From an uncultured Pseudomonadota bacterium (lineage in GTDB: Bacteria; BMS3Abin14): a stretch of 15,278 nucleotides of DNA. The position numbers were made by a program, and so were the translations under genes. The stretch lies in contig CAYVSA010000038.1 in the NCBI GenBank assembly GCA_964454175.1, positions 3,705 to 18,982 of the forward strand, in the 5' to 3' direction. Under the pieces are notes generated by a model. It searched no databases, was not told where the DNA came from, and saw only the letters and a program-made list of their open reading frames with translations. Shown in pieces: positions 15,226 to 15,278 of this stretch (positions are counted from its first letter, which is position 1; the number at the start of each line of letters is the position of its first letter).

Positions 15226-15278
15226 CGTTCGGAGTTTCTTGTTTCTAGTAAAGTCCAACATGCAATTTCCATTGCTCT

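Noticed and set aside
15187-15278. Genomic island integrated at the tRNA
   Set aside because: A terminator follows immediately and no integrase or att duplication is visible; sequence beyond the window cannot be assessed.

Overview
Bacterial core-genome region, deltaproteobacterial/Desulfobacterota-like by gene order (inference). A minus-strand zinc-ribbon/receiver response regulator is divergent from a long plus-strand run: SurA-N-like protein, queD, amidohydrolase, M42 peptidase, rsmD, coaD, class I aminotransferase, FAH-family hydrolase, pdxA (PdxA2-like), an orphan Liv-type periplasmic binding protein, a malic enzyme, glcD- and glcF-like genes, and an initiator tRNA-Met with its own promoter and terminator. 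The most striking feature is the ~860-aa malic enzyme, which is two minimal malic-enzyme units fused in tandem with complementary degeneration. The N-half keeps the catalytic-Tyr motif (YTPGVA) but has lost the catalytic Lys, one Asp and one Asn. The C-half keeps all of those but has a degenerate Tyr motif. This suggests a single-chain pseudo-heterodimer with one catalytic and one possibly regulatory site, encoded just upstream of a GlcD/GlcF 2-hydroxy-acid dehydrogenase. Other notable features: heptamer-based repeat arrays in three intergenic spaces (one a perfect 30-bp tandem repeat with a G-quadruplex motif per unit) and a symmetric back-to-back sigma70 promoter pair predicting near-leaderless mRNAs. 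No mobile element or CRISPR array was seen.
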